Source: Anaerohalosphaeraceae bacterium
GTDB lineage: Bacteria; Planctomycetota; Phycisphaerae; Sedimentisphaerales; Anaerohalosphaeraceae
Assembly (NCBI GenBank): GCA_963675525.2
Contig: CAXXSL010000013.1
Span: 256,001-320,000, forward strand
Reading direction: 5' to 3'
DNA length: 64,000 nucleotides
The number at the start of each line of letters is the position of its first letter. The first letter of the stretch is position 1. Position numbers and translations under genes: made by a program. Below, one piece after another: positions 9,950 to 19,832 of the stretch. The notes under the pieces were generated by a model. That model did no database searches. It was given only the letters and a program-made list of their open reading frames with translations, and was not told the DNA's origin.

Positions 9950-10110
9950 TTGTCTTTCAAGATTGATCGCTCAGTCTGTTATTCGTGCTCGAAGCACACG
10001 TTAATCGATTCGTTCTTCCTGAGGTGCCGCCAACAATCTACAATCGTGTTCAAGACACAAGCCTCGGGCCGTGGTCGGCACGTCGTGGTGAGCTTCAATC
10101 CATTCGTATA
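9950..10110 (-). ncRNA. Bridge/seek-type guide RNA of the IS110-family element (ends approximate)
   Basis: Two stem-internal-loop-stem units on the minus strand. Loop 1 guides are CCCGAGGCU (10068-10060) and AUUGUAG (10044-10038), matching target CCCGGGG-CT-ACAAC. Loop 2 guide AAUAACAG (9983-9976) matches donor junction CT-GTTAT. Confidence 0.75.
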
Positions 10111-10114
10111 CTGT

Positions 10115-11197
10115 TTAAGCTTTTTCCGCCCGATAGGGTTCATTTTTTATCAACATGCGCCACAGATGCACGGTCAGTTTTCGAGCCACCGCAGTGATCG
10201 CTTTCTGTTTGATACCCCCATTGCTGTGACAAATCCGCCAAAAGTATTGTTTGGCCTTAACATCAACGGCAACCCACTGCCATGCGGCTTGAATGAGTGT
10301 GCAACGAAGGGACGGCTTCCCGTCCCGATTGATGGGGCCGGATGTACTTTTTGAACCGCTTTGATGGATCGTCGGGGCCAATCCGACATATTTGACCACT
10401 TGGCAGGATGTCTCAAAATGGTCATAGTGGAACACTTCCGTAACAAACTGTCGTGCTGTCACCGGTCCGATGCCGGGATGTGTTTGAAGTAATGCAATCC
10501 GCTGGCCGGTTGGTGTTGACCCCATCCTTTCGTCCAGGAGACGCTCAAGCACCGTCAGTCTGTCAGAATGGTAGTCCAGGTCGCTGAGTAACGCGTCCAG
10601 TGACAAACGTAATGGCTTTGGCAGCCGCAAGGCTCGGAGGGCGTCGATGCTTTTACCAGACCAATATTTGAGCCCTTCCGGTTCCGTCAGCCCGTGTTGT
10701 AATAAAAATGACTTGATTTGAGTTTTGACACAGGCTCCGTTTTTTCGTTGACGATGCCGCATCCGGCACAACTGTCGGTCCCCCTCCTGCTGGACCGAAG
10801 GAATGGTCACCGGTTTGAGGAGCCCCTTGGCCAGATAACACGCCAGTTTTTTACTGTCCAGGCGATCTGTCTTGTCCTCTTTGGCGGCCGGCCGGGGCGT
10901 TTTAGAGGTGGCCGCAATAGTCACGGGCAGATGGTGTTTTTGTAAGGTGCGAGCCAATGAATAGCCCGTGGGCCCGGCTTCGTAAACAATCTCTTTGATG
11001 GCGTGCTGGACCGGTTTGAGCTGTTCAATAAGTTGATTGGGATTCGACGGCATGACAAAATCAAGAGCGGGGGTGTCGTTTAAGTGCAGCGCGACATGAT
11101 ACGTTTCCTTATGGGTGTCAATACCAATAAACAATGCATCGTTACGGGTTAAACGGATAGTGTTGAAAAATGTCTGTACCTTTGATAGACTACGCAT
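10115..11197 (-). CDS. IS110-family transposase/recombinase
   Basis: DEDD RuvC-like motifs GIDTHK, YEAGPTG, KTDRLD; 'HPGIGPVTA'; serine motif 'HQSG'; C-terminal 'AITAVARKL'. The ATG at 11197 has AAAGGA upstream. Confidence 0.93.
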   Translation of the reverse strand: MRSLSKVQTFFNTIRLTRNDALFIGIDTHKETYHVALHLNDTPALDFVMPSNPNQLIEQLKPVQHAIKEIVYEAGPTGYSLARTLQKHHLPVTIAATSKTPRPAAKEDKTDRLDSKKLACYLAKGLLKPVTIPSVQQEGDRQLCRMRHRQRKNGACVKTQIKSFLLQHGLTEPEGLKYWSGKSIDALRALRLPKPLRLSLDALLSDLDYHSDRLTVLERLLDERMGSTPTGQRIALLQTHPGIGPVTARQFVTEVFHYDHFETSCQVVKYVGLAPTIHQSGSKSTSGPINRDGKPSLRCTLIQAAWQWVAVDVKAKQYFWRICHSNGGIKQKAITAVARKLTVHLWRMLIKNEPYRAEKA

Positions 11198-11337
11198 GGG
11201 CCATCCTTTCGATAATGGTTCCGGTTTAGGGTTCAAAAACCATTATAAGAACTTTTGGATGGCCTACATATTATCTACAACATTTCGCCTCTTGCAGAGG
11301 CTCAAGAGAAATTTGGTGGGCATGACACGCCCTACGT

Positions 11338-12268
11338 TTATTTATTGAGCAGCTTCAGGGTTTGCTGAAGTATGGTTTCGAGGGTGTCGGAATCGGTGAT
11401 GTCGAGCCAGTTGACGTTGCGGAAGGTTTTGAACCAGGTTCTTTGGCTTTTGGCGAAGCGGCGGGTGTTTATTTTTATTTTTTCGATGGTTTCGTCCAAT
11501 TCCATTTCGCCGTTTAAGTGGGCGATCATTTCGGCGTAGCCGATGGCGGCGGCGGCCTGTTTGCTGAGGGGTTTTTCTTCGGCCAGCAGTGCGGCGACTT
11601 CATCGCGCAGGCCGTCATCCATCATGCGTTTGACGCGGGCGTTCATGCGGGTGTTCTCAATCTCCTTTTCCCTTCGCAGGCCGATGACGAACCAATCGGA
11701 GGCGGGCGCGTCGTCCCACTGGGTTTGAAACGTGCTGATGGGCTTTGCCGGTCAGCTCGAAAACCTCCAATGCGCGGATGATGCGTTTTTCATCGTTGGG
11801 ATGGATGCGCTCTCCGGCCTCGGGGTCAATCGCAACAAGCCGTTTGTGCAGCTCGGCGAACCCTTCGGTGTCGCCGCGGGCTTTAAGGCGGGTACGAATC
11901 GTCTCATCCGAACCCGGCCCCTCAAACAAACCGTGCAGCAGCGCCTTGATATACATCGCGGTTCCGCCAACGGCGACAACCGGCTTGTTTCGACTTTGGA
12001 TATCCGCAACCGCCCTCTCGGTCAAATCCAGAAACTGGTCGACACTGAAAGCTTCGCTTGGCTCGACGACGTCAATCATGTGATATTTCATAACCTGCCG
12101 CTTTTGGCGCGGCGGCTTGGCAGTTCCGACATCCATTCGGCGATAAACCTTCATGGAATCGACACTTATGATCTCAGCATCAAGGGTTTTTGCCAATTCA
12201 AAGGCGAGGGAACTTTTGCCGGAGGCGGTGACGCCGAGAATCAGGATTTTTGGCTTTTTTAAGGTCAT
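11338..12268 (-). CDS. miaA: tRNA dimethylallyltransferase, split by one extra base near 11744-11746 (assembly error or pseudogene)
   Basis: 'GVTASGKS', 'DSMKVYRRMDVGTAKP', 'VGGTAMY', 'RIIRALEV', 'AIGYAE', 'TRRFAKSQRTWF'. Removing one A gives continuous LTGKPISTFQTQWD...TRMNARV. Confidence 0.9.
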
Positions 12269-12456
12269 TTTAATGTTTTTAGTTATTTTTAAGGCTTTTT
12301 ATCGGTCAGAACAAAGTTTTTACTCCGCCAAATACTGATGTCTCAGCCTTCACAACAAATGATGCGCCACTGCCACGGAAAAATTGTTTTTTTCTGTAAT
12401 ATCCTAACAAAAGAGGTATAATATCAGGGCTTTCTCAAAAAATCCAGAGGCGGTTT

Positions 12457-13380
12457 ATGACAATGGAAACAGACGCCATAAAAAATGACAAACAACAGGA
12501 CGGCTTGAAGTCGGCTTTGGCAGTCAAAGCGGCGATAACGGGTCAGGTTCTCGAAGAACTGCTCGACGACCAAACGGAAATTCCACAGCAGCTTAAAGCG
12601 GCGATGAGCTATATGCTGCAAAGCGGCGGCAAGCGCATCCGTTCGGCGATGGTGTTGTGGTGCTGCGAACTGATCGGCGGCAGCGTAAACCGCGCGGCCA
12701 AGATCGCTGCGGCCGCGGTAGAGATGGTGCACACGTACTCGCTGATCCATGATGACCTGCCCGCAATGGATAACGACGATATGCGGCGCGGTAAGCCCAG
12801 TTGTCATAAGCAGTTTGACGAAGCAACGGCGATCTTAGCCGGCGATGCCCTGCTGACGCTGGCGTTTGAGATATTGACAACCGAGATTGACGATCCGGCT
12901 GTTGCGGTACGCATGGTTCGCACCTTGTCGGAAGCGGCCGGCCCGTCGGGGATGATCGCCGGACAGGTGGCAGACATGAACAGTCCGCACGCCAACGGAT
13001 CACTGGAACGGCTTCAGTATATTCACATGAACAAAACCGCCGAAATGTTCGCAGCATCAACCGCAATGGGGGCTATCGCGGGCGGTGCTACCGATAAACA
13101 ACTGCAATCACTTTTGGAATACGGCATGAAGATCGGGCTGGGTTTCCAGATCGCCGATGATCTGCTGGACATTACAGCCAGTACGGAACAGCTCGGCAAA
13201 ACCCCCGGCAAAGACATCGAACAAGGAAAACTGACCTATCCGGCCCTCATCGGTGAAGAAAAATCCCGACACATCCTTGAGCAGGTCACTTGCGAGGCGG
13301 TTGCCGCGTTGGGACATTTCGGGAAAATGGCTGACATTCTTCGTCAATTGGCGATGGAACTGCTGAATCGCACAAAATAA
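12457..13380 (+). CDS. ispA: Farnesyl/geranyl diphosphate synthase (polyprenyl synthetase)
   Basis: 'GGKRIR', 'YSLIHDDLPAMDNDDMRRGKPS', 'FQIADDLLD', 'GKTPGKD'; directly upstream of dxs. Confidence 0.9.
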   Translation: MTMETDAIKNDKQQDGLKSALAVKAAITGQVLEELLDDQTEIPQQLKAAMSYMLQSGGKRIRSAMVLWCCELIGGSVNRAAKIAAAAVEMVHTYSLIHDDLPAMDNDDMRRGKPSCHKQFDEATAILAGDALLTLAFEILTTEIDDPAVAVRMVRTLSEAAGPSGMIAGQVADMNSPHANGSLERLQYIHMNKTAEMFAASTAMGAIAGGATDKQLQSLLEYGMKIGLGFQIADDLLDITASTEQLGKTPGKDIEQGKLTYPALIGEEKSRHILEQVTCEAVAALGHFGKMADILRQLAMELLNRTK

Positions 13381-13562
13381 CCCCTTCTATATAGAGATCA
13401 TTCCGGAGGTTCTTAGTATATAGATTCCCGCCTTAGCAAAAATGACAACCTTATTTATCACAGGGTGCTTTTTATTTGAACGGATGTTTGAAAACACTTC
13501 TCAAACCGGTTAAAATAGTATGTTTGAGTATAATATGAACTGAGTCTTGATTTTGAGGTGTC

Positions 13563-15497
13563 ATGGGCAAACTACTTGACAACATTAATAACCCAAAAGA
13601 CTTACAGGATTTTTCTGTAGAGCAACTCAATCAGCTTGCCGATGAAATGCGCGAGTTTATTACACATTCGGTCAGTCAGACCGGCGGGCATCTGGCCAGT
13701 AACCTCGGCGTTGTTGATCTAACCCTGGCAATGCATCGCGCGTTTGATTTCAGCAAGGACCGGCTGTTGTGGGATGTGGGGCATCAGTGCTATGCGCATA
13801 AAATCCTGACCGGCCGTAAAGCGATGTTTGACGGTCTTCGACAGGAAGACGGACTGAGCGGATTTCCAAACCCGGCCGAAAACGAGTGCGATGTCTTCAG
13901 CGTCGGCCATGCGGGCACGTCGATCTCGACGGCACTGGGCATGGCACTGGGTGCGCAGCATCGCGGCAGTGACGAGAAGATCGTCGCGCTGGTCGGCGAT
14001 GCGAGCATTGTCAACGGCCTGTCGTTTGAGGCATTGAATAATCTGGGGCTGGTCAAGCGTCAACTGCTGATCGTACTGAATGACAATTCGATGGCGATCG
14101 ATGTCACCCAGGGGGCGATGGCGAAATATCTCTCGAAAGTACGACTCAGTCATACCTACGAAGATATTCGACTGACGACGAACCGTATTTTGGAACACCT
14201 GCCGCTGATCGGCAAACGGATGGAAGAAGCCGTCGAAAATTTCAAACGAACCCTGCGTATGGCGATCACGCCCAGCCGGCTGTTTGAAAGTCTGAATATC
14301 CCCTACTTTGGGCCGGTTGACGGTCACGATATTAAATCGCTGATCGATCTGTTTGAGGCGATCAGCCATTTGCATACCCCGGCTATCCTGCATGTTTACA
14401 CCAAAAAGGGGAAAGGGTACGATCCGGCCGATGACAATCCGCGAAAGTATCACAGCACCGGCCCGTTCGAGATCAACGGCAGCAATGATCCCAAGAAAAA
14501 GGGGCGCAGTTTTACCCAGGTCTTTGGTGATGCGATCGTGAAGATCGGCGAGAGAAATGATAATGTCGTAGCCATCACGGCGGCGATGTCGGACGGCACG
14601 GGGCTGGTTCAGTTTCGTGAAAAATTCAAATCCCGCTTTTACGACGTCGGTATCGCCGAAAGCGTCGCGGTGGATATCGCCGCCGGGATGGCCAAGCAGG
14701 GACTTCGGCCGGTTGTTTGCATTTATTCCACGTTTTTGCAGCGGAGTTTCGATCAGATCTTCCAGGAAGTATCGCAGCAAAACCTCCCCGTTACCTTCTG
14801 CATAGACCGTGCGGGCGTTGTGGGGGATGACGGCCCGACACATCATGGTCTGATGGATATCGGAACCCTGCGGATGCTGCCGAACTTTGCGATTGCCGCG
14901 CCGGCGGACGAATATGAAATGAACCAGGCACTGAGCCTTGCGGTTAACGGCAATCAACCCTTTGCGATCCGCTACCCGCGTGATACGGTCCCGCTGATCG
15001 AGGACAATACAACACCGTATGCATTGGGTAGATCGGCGGTCATCCGTAAAGGCGATTCGGAATTTGTCATTGTAACGATCGGTCCGATTCTCAGCGAAGC
15101 AATTGAGGCGGCCAAAATGCTGGATCAAGAAGGTATTTCGGTTACCGTGGTCAATGCGCGATTCGCAAAACCGATTGACCCGGCAATCATTGATTACTTT
15201 AAAAATGGAAAAACGCTCATACTCGCAGAAGATGCCAGTGTGACGGGCGGGTTCGGTTCGGCGGTCATTGAAAAAGCTCTTGAAACAGCCCGAGCCCAAG
15301 ACGCCCCGATGATGCATGACAGTCTCGGCAAAACCGTTTTGCTGGGCGGGCCGGACTCCTTTATCCGGCCGGCCAAACGCAGCCGGCAGCTGGAATGGAT
15401 GGGCATTGGTGCGGCTCAAATCGCCGAAACCATTAAAAACATAAATTTCCAGCCCGAAAGTGCCGATATTCAGGGAAAGCGATCGGGTACTCTCTAA
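13563..15497 (+). CDS. dxs: 1-deoxy-D-xylulose-5-phosphate synthase
   Basis: 'GGHLASNLGVV', 'WDVGHQCYAHKILTGR', 'GDAS..NDN', 'IYSTFLQRSFDQ', 'DRAGVVGDDGPTHHG'. Confidence 0.97.
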   Translation: MGKLLDNINNPKDLQDFSVEQLNQLADEMREFITHSVSQTGGHLASNLGVVDLTLAMHRAFDFSKDRLLWDVGHQCYAHKILTGRKAMFDGLRQEDGLSGFPNPAENECDVFSVGHAGTSISTALGMALGAQHRGSDEKIVALVGDASIVNGLSFEALNNLGLVKRQLLIVLNDNSMAIDVTQGAMAKYLSKVRLSHTYEDIRLTTNRILEHLPLIGKRMEEAVENFKRTLRMAITPSRLFESLNIPYFGPVDGHDIKSLIDLFEAISHLHTPAILHVYTKKGKGYDPADDNPRKYHSTGPFEINGSNDPKKKGRSFTQVFGDAIVKIGERNDNVVAITAAMSDGTGLVQFREKFKSRFYDVGIAESVAVDIAAGMAKQGLRPVVCIYSTFLQRSFDQIFQEVSQQNLPVTFCIDRAGVVGDDGPTHHGLMDIGTLRMLPNFAIAAPADEYEMNQALSLAVNGNQPFAIRYPRDTVPLIEDNTTPYALGRSAVIRKGDSEFVIVTIGPILSEAIEAAKMLDQEGISVTVVNARFAKPIDPAIIDYFKNGKTLILAEDASVTGGFGSAVIEKALETARAQDAPMMHDSLGKTVLLGGPDSFIRPAKRSRQLEWMGIGAAQIAETIKNINFQPESADIQGKRSGTL

Positions 15498-15508
15498 GCG
15501 AGGAATCG

Positions 15509-16360
15509 ATGTCGAAACCTAAAGTTATTCTTTTTTGCAACCCGAACCGGCCAAATGCTTCCGAGGCGGTTGATCAATTTCTCGATTTCGCGGGAAATAA
15601 GGTGGACATTCTGGCCAACTGCATTGAAACCGGGTGCGACCTGAATGATCTGCGTCAGGCGGATTATGCCGTGGTCTTCGGCGGTGACGGAACCATTCTG
15701 GGGGCCGCCCGTCAGCTTTGCCAGTCCAAAGTCCCGGTGATCGGGGTCAATGTCGGCAAACTCGGCTACCTGGCGGAATTCAGTATTCAAGAACTCCAAC
15801 AGCAGTTTGAACGTATATTTTCAGGCGATGTATTCATTGAAAAAAGAATGATCATGGATTGTGCGGTCCGCCGCGGCGAAGAGGTCGTGTTTCGTTCTAC
15901 CGCCGTCAACGATGCGGTAATTACCGCCGGCACTCCGTTTAACATGATCGAAATGAAGCTGGCGGTCCAGAAACAAAAACTGGCGGTTTGCATCGGTGAC
16001 GGGATTATTATTTCGACACCGACCGGCTCAACTGCTTACAATTTGTCTGCCGGGGGGCCGATTGTATCGGCGAATTTGTCGGCGATGGTGATTACGCCCA
16101 TCTGCCCGCATTCGCTCAGCTTTCGCCCGATCGTGATTAACGCCGACAGTAAGTTGACCATTGAGATGATTCGAATGAATGAACAGACAACCCTCTTGCT
16201 GGATGGACAGGTGCAAGCTGAGCTTCACTGCGACGATATCATTGAAATACAAAAACATGACGGGCAGTTTCGGGTGGTTAATAATCCCATGCGGACACAA
16301 TGGGAAACATTAGCCGGTAAGCTGAACTGGGCCGGAAAACCTCGTTACGGTAAGAAATAA
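15509..16360 (+). CDS. nadK: NAD kinase
   Basis: 'GGDGTIL', 'GKLGYL', 'AVND', 'DGIIISTPTGSTAYNLSAGGP', 'PICPHSL'. Confidence 0.95.
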   Translation: MSKPKVILFCNPNRPNASEAVDQFLDFAGNKVDILANCIETGCDLNDLRQADYAVVFGGDGTILGAARQLCQSKVPVIGVNVGKLGYLAEFSIQELQQQFERIFSGDVFIEKRMIMDCAVRRGEEVVFRSTAVNDAVITAGTPFNMIEMKLAVQKQKLAVCIGDGIIISTPTGSTAYNLSAGGPIVSANLSAMVITPICPHSLSFRPIVINADSKLTIEMIRMNEQTTLLLDGQVQAELHCDDIIEIQKHDGQFRVVNNPMRTQWETLAGKLNWAGKPRYGKK

Positions 16361-16417
16361 TAAAAATTAACCTCAAACCGGTTTTGGCCGGTTTGACTTT
16401 CTTGAAGACAAGGAATC

Positions 16418-17836
16418 ATGCAACTTAACAAGAAAATCCTGATCGTGCTTCTTACACTCGTGTCGGCCACTGCCGTTTATGGTGCACCTGAGAACCCCAA
16501 CGTCAACAGTTCATTCAAGTCGAATACGACCGTTCCGAGCGAAGGGCAGCGGCAGCGGCTTTTAACTTCGTCCGGTCAATCTATAGCCACCGGCAATGAT
16601 GTCGTCACCGGCAACGTCGGGGGACTGGGGTATTTTCACGGCGTTGTTCCCTACGGTTCGAGTTATTACTCGGCCGCCAATTTAAGTGATTCCGGCAGCC
16701 GCAATGTTACCTCTTTCCTGCGGCGGTCAACCAACCCGATCATCTCCGACCGTAACCCGAGTCAACGTCAATCATTTTTTCAGCCGCAGCAAACCGTTTC
16801 TTCTTACGGCCGGACCAGCCAGCCGCCGGCCAGTTCATCCCTGTCGTCAATGACTGGACAGACAGCCTCCCGTTCGTCCGCCCTAACTAATTTGCCCTAC
16901 ATATCCATAGCGGACCAACAGCATCGCCCCTTATCAAGCAACAGTCAGGAACTGGAACAGATTATATCCCGGCAGCTTCTATTGAAACAGGCCGCAGAGG
17001 ACAGTGCCGGCAAGGAACTGCTGAAGGAAAAAAGTGTATTTAAAAACTTTTTTGAAACCGTTTTAGAACCCCAGAGACCCGAGGCAGACAAGGAAAAGGA
17101 AGCGACATACCCAGAGCAAGAACCGCTAAATCAGGAAAAGCAGTCATTGAAAAATCTCCAACAAGGGCTTGAGCAGGCTATCCTTGATAACGATCCCCTC
17201 AACGCCCCCGATCAATCCGAAAAACCGGACAATACGCAATCGGAAAATGATTCACAGCCATTGGATCAGACGCCGCCGGACAGCTTGGATATGGCGGCAA
17301 AGATCGCACTCCATGATGAAGCAGAATATATCCGCGGAGAGCACAAGACATACAAAAGCCTGGCGGACGAAAAATTTTCCGATTTCATGAAAGCTGCCGA
17401 AGAATTTGTTCGAGAAGGCAAGTTTTATAAAGCCGCCGATACCTATTCGCTGGCTGTACTCTGGAAACCGGAAGATGCCAGAGCTTATGCGGGACAATCC
17501 TTTGCTCTGTTCGCAGCGGGCGAATATATGAGCAGTGCTTACTATCTGAGCCGGGCGACTGAGATCGATCCGACACTGGTCGCCAAAAAATATGATCTGG
17601 CGGCGCTGATCGGAAACCGTGACGTTTTTGAAAACCGTATGATCGAGATAACCACGTGGCAGCAGCGCAGCGATTCAGGCGAACTGGCTTTCCTGATGGC
17701 TTATGTTTTTTACCACGAAGGGAAAATTCAACAAGCCTCAGCGGCAATCAGGAAAGCGGAAGAAAAAATGCCGAATAGCAAAGCAACATTAATTCTGAAG
17801 CGCGTTATCATCCCGGAAACCAATACACAACCATAA
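16418..17836 (+). CDS. Secreted protein with low-complexity N-terminus and C-terminal TPR repeats
   Basis: Signal peptide; S/Q/P-rich region; TPR-like helices 'AEEFVREGKFYKAADTYSLA..PED', 'ALFAAGEY..A..YL'. Confidence 0.7.
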   Translation: MQLNKKILIVLLTLVSATAVYGAPENPNVNSSFKSNTTVPSEGQRQRLLTSSGQSIATGNDVVTGNVGGLGYFHGVVPYGSSYYSAANLSDSGSRNVTSFLRRSTNPIISDRNPSQRQSFFQPQQTVSSYGRTSQPPASSSLSSMTGQTASRSSALTNLPYISIADQQHRPLSSNSQELEQIISRQLLLKQAAEDSAGKELLKEKSVFKNFFETVLEPQRPEADKEKEATYPEQEPLNQEKQSLKNLQQGLEQAILDNDPLNAPDQSEKPDNTQSENDSQPLDQTPPDSLDMAAKIALHDEAEYIRGEHKTYKSLADEKFSDFMKAAEEFVREGKFYKAADTYSLAVLWKPEDARAYAGQSFALFAAGEYMSSAYYLSRATEIDPTLVAKKYDLAALIGNRDVFENRMIEITTWQQRSDSGELAFLMAYVFYHEGKIQQASAAIRKAEEKMPNSKATLILKRVIIPETNTQP

Positions 17837-17846
17837 GGAGCATGGG

Positions 17847-19832
17847 GTGATCGCATTTACGGGGCAGGAAGGACTGGATGCCGATAAACTGCTGGGGCCG
17901 GAGGGACTCATCGCGGCTGAATGGCCTGATTTTGAATCCCGCCCGGAACAGCTTGAGATGGCCCGTTCGGTACAACAGGCTATGCACAACGGCTGCCATC
18001 TGGCGGTGGAAGCAGGCACGGGCATCGGTAAAAGTTTTGCCTATCTGGCAGGCGCCATTGACCAGGCATTACAGTGTCACGGTAAAGTCTTGATCAGCAC
18101 CTATACGATCAATCTGCAGGAACAGCTCATTCAGAAAGACATCCCTTTTCTCCAGCAGATTCTTCCGGCAGGCTTTACGGCCCGGCTGGCCAAAGGACGC
18201 AACCATTATTTATGCAAACGCCGCCTGGAGTATGCCCTGAAACGCCAGGGGAACCTGTTTGAGGATGACGGTTCGGCACTGGTCGTCATTGCCGACTGGG
18301 CAAAAACGACCACCGATGGGTCAACGGGTGATCTTCCCATCAGTCCCCCGGCCGAAGTCTGGCAGGCGGTTCAAAGCGAACACGGTAACTGCAAAGGGCG
18401 TAAATGTCCCTATTTCTCACACTGTTTTTACTGGCGGGCACGACGGAAACTGGAAAGCGCTGATATCATCGTCGCCAATCACGCCCTGTTTTTCAGCGAT
18501 CTGGAACTCAAAGCAGGTGGTGCAGGCGTTCTGCCAGACTATCGGTTTGTGATTATCGACGAAGCACACAATATCGAACATGTCGCCGAAGATCATTTCG
18601 GCATCCGTGTCAGCCAATCCAGAATGATCTACCTGCTGAACCGGTTGTACCACCCCAAAAAACGCAAGGGTCTGCTGGCTTTCCTGAAAAACGCCGGCGA
18701 CGCCCAGCAGCTTGTCAAAAAAAGCCATCAGGCCGTACAGCTCTTTTTCGCGCAGGTACAGGCCTGGTATGCACATGCCGGCCAAGAACATAACGGACGC
18801 TGTGATGTGGAATTTGTTGAAGACAATGTCACCTCTATTCTCAAAAATCTTCGCTCCTGTCTGTCAAAAATGGCCAAAGAGGTTATGGATGAGGATGAAC
18901 AGTTTGAACTGCTTCAATATACCGACCAGCTTGAAGGGTTGGAGTCGGATATTCGAGACTTTTTGTTTCAGCGTAAAGAAGGTTGTGTGTACTGGGTTGA
19001 AATCGAACGCAATCGGCACAAAAAAATTCTGCTTCGATGCGCTCCGCTGGATGTGGGTCCATATTTGAAAGAGCGTTTGTTTGATGCATATCCATCTGTC
19101 GTGCTGACCAGCGCGACCCTGAGTTGCGGCGGTAAACAAGAAGAAGGGTTTTCATTCTTTGCCGGACGAGTCGGACTGGAACAGTTCCAGGCTCTTCAAC
19201 TGGGGTCACCTTTTAACTATGAACAGCAGGTCAAGATGTACATCGAAGCGGACTTGCCGGAGCCGAACTCACGGGACTTTGCGGAAGCCGCTTGTCAAGC
19301 GATCAAAAAATACCTTCTCAAAAGCCGCGGCCGAGCATTTGTCCTGTTTACCAGTTATGCCATGCTTAAAGAAACCGCCAAACGACTGGAAGAGTGGTTG
19401 GGCGAGCAGGAGATGGAATTGCTGGTACAGGGAGGCGAACTGGACCGTTCGAAAATGTTAGCTTATTTTAAGCAGGATCATCGCAGTGTCCTGTTCGGAA
19501 CCGATAGCTTCTGGCAAGGCGTGGATGTGCCGGGTGAAAGCCTGTCCAATGTCATCATTGTCAAACTGCCGTTTGCGGTACCGAACCATCCGCTGGTTCA
19601 GGGACGCATCGAATTACTGAAGGAACGGGGGGAAAATCCGTTTTTCAGTTATCAACTGCCGATGGCGATTATCAAGTTCAAACAGGGCTTTGGCCGGCTC
19701 ATTCGCACCAAGAGCGACTCGGGCATGGTGGTGGTTCTCGACAGCCGGATCGTGCGAAAGATGTACGGACGGAAATTCATCGAAGCAATCCCTAAGTGTC
19801 ATATTGAAATCAGAACTGACACTGATTGCTGA
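17847..19832 (+). CDS. DinG/YoaA-family Fe-S ATP-dependent DNA helicase
   Basis: 'RPEQLEM', 'EAGTGIGKS', 'KGRNHYLC', Cys cluster, 'IIDEAH', 'TSATL', 'FWQGVDVPG', 'KQGFGRLIR'. Confidence 0.92.
   Translation: MIAFTGQEGLDADKLLGPEGLIAAEWPDFESRPEQLEMARSVQQAMHNGCHLAVEAGTGIGKSFAYLAGAIDQALQCHGKVLISTYTINLQEQLIQKDIPFLQQILPAGFTARLAKGRNHYLCKRRLEYALKRQGNLFEDDGSALVVIADWAKTTTDGSTGDLPISPPAEVWQAVQSEHGNCKGRKCPYFSHCFYWRARRKLESADIIVANHALFFSDLELKAGGAGVLPDYRFVIIDEAHNIEHVAEDHFGIRVSQSRMIYLLNRLYHPKKRKGLLAFLKNAGDAQQLVKKSHQAVQLFFAQVQAWYAHAGQEHNGRCDVEFVEDNVTSILKNLRSCLSKMAKEVMDEDEQFELLQYTDQLEGLESDIRDFLFQRKEGCVYWVEIERNRHKKILLRCAPLDVGPYLKERLFDAYPSVVLTSATLSCGGKQEEGFSFFAGRVGLEQFQALQLGSPFNYEQQVKMYIEADLPEPNSRDFAEAACQAIKKYLLKSRGRAFVLFTSYAMLKETAKRLEEWLGEQEMELLVQGGELDRSKMLAYFKQDHRSVLFGTDSFWQGVDVPGESLSNVIIVKLPFAVPNHPLVQGRIELLKERGENPFFSYQLPMAIIKFKQGFGRLIRTKSDSGMVVVLDSRIVRKMYGRKFIEAIPKCHIEIRTDTDC

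Larger units (their letters stand above)
9875..11276 (-). mobile_element. Complete IS110-family insertion sequence of IS1111 type (~1.4 kb), flanked by CT core dinucleotides (9873-9874 and 11275-11276)
   Basis: Imperfect sub-terminal inverted repeats (tatgaggccatc..aagtcttata versus tatgtaggccatc..aagttcttata). One end is fixed by where the second copy diverges (11277/55503). The ~240-nt non-coding region lies 3' of the transposase. Joining the flanks rebuilds a REP-like unit. Confidence 0.88.

Noticed and set aside
11740..11750. Programmed frameshifting in miaA
   Set aside because: No slippery heptamer or obvious stimulator, and similar single-base insertions elsewhere point to assembly error.
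13719..15419. 566-aa ORF on the minus strand
   Set aside because: Antisense shadow of dxs with no motifs. The same applies to 40473-41534, 6213-6956, 7194-7892 and 43087-43884.
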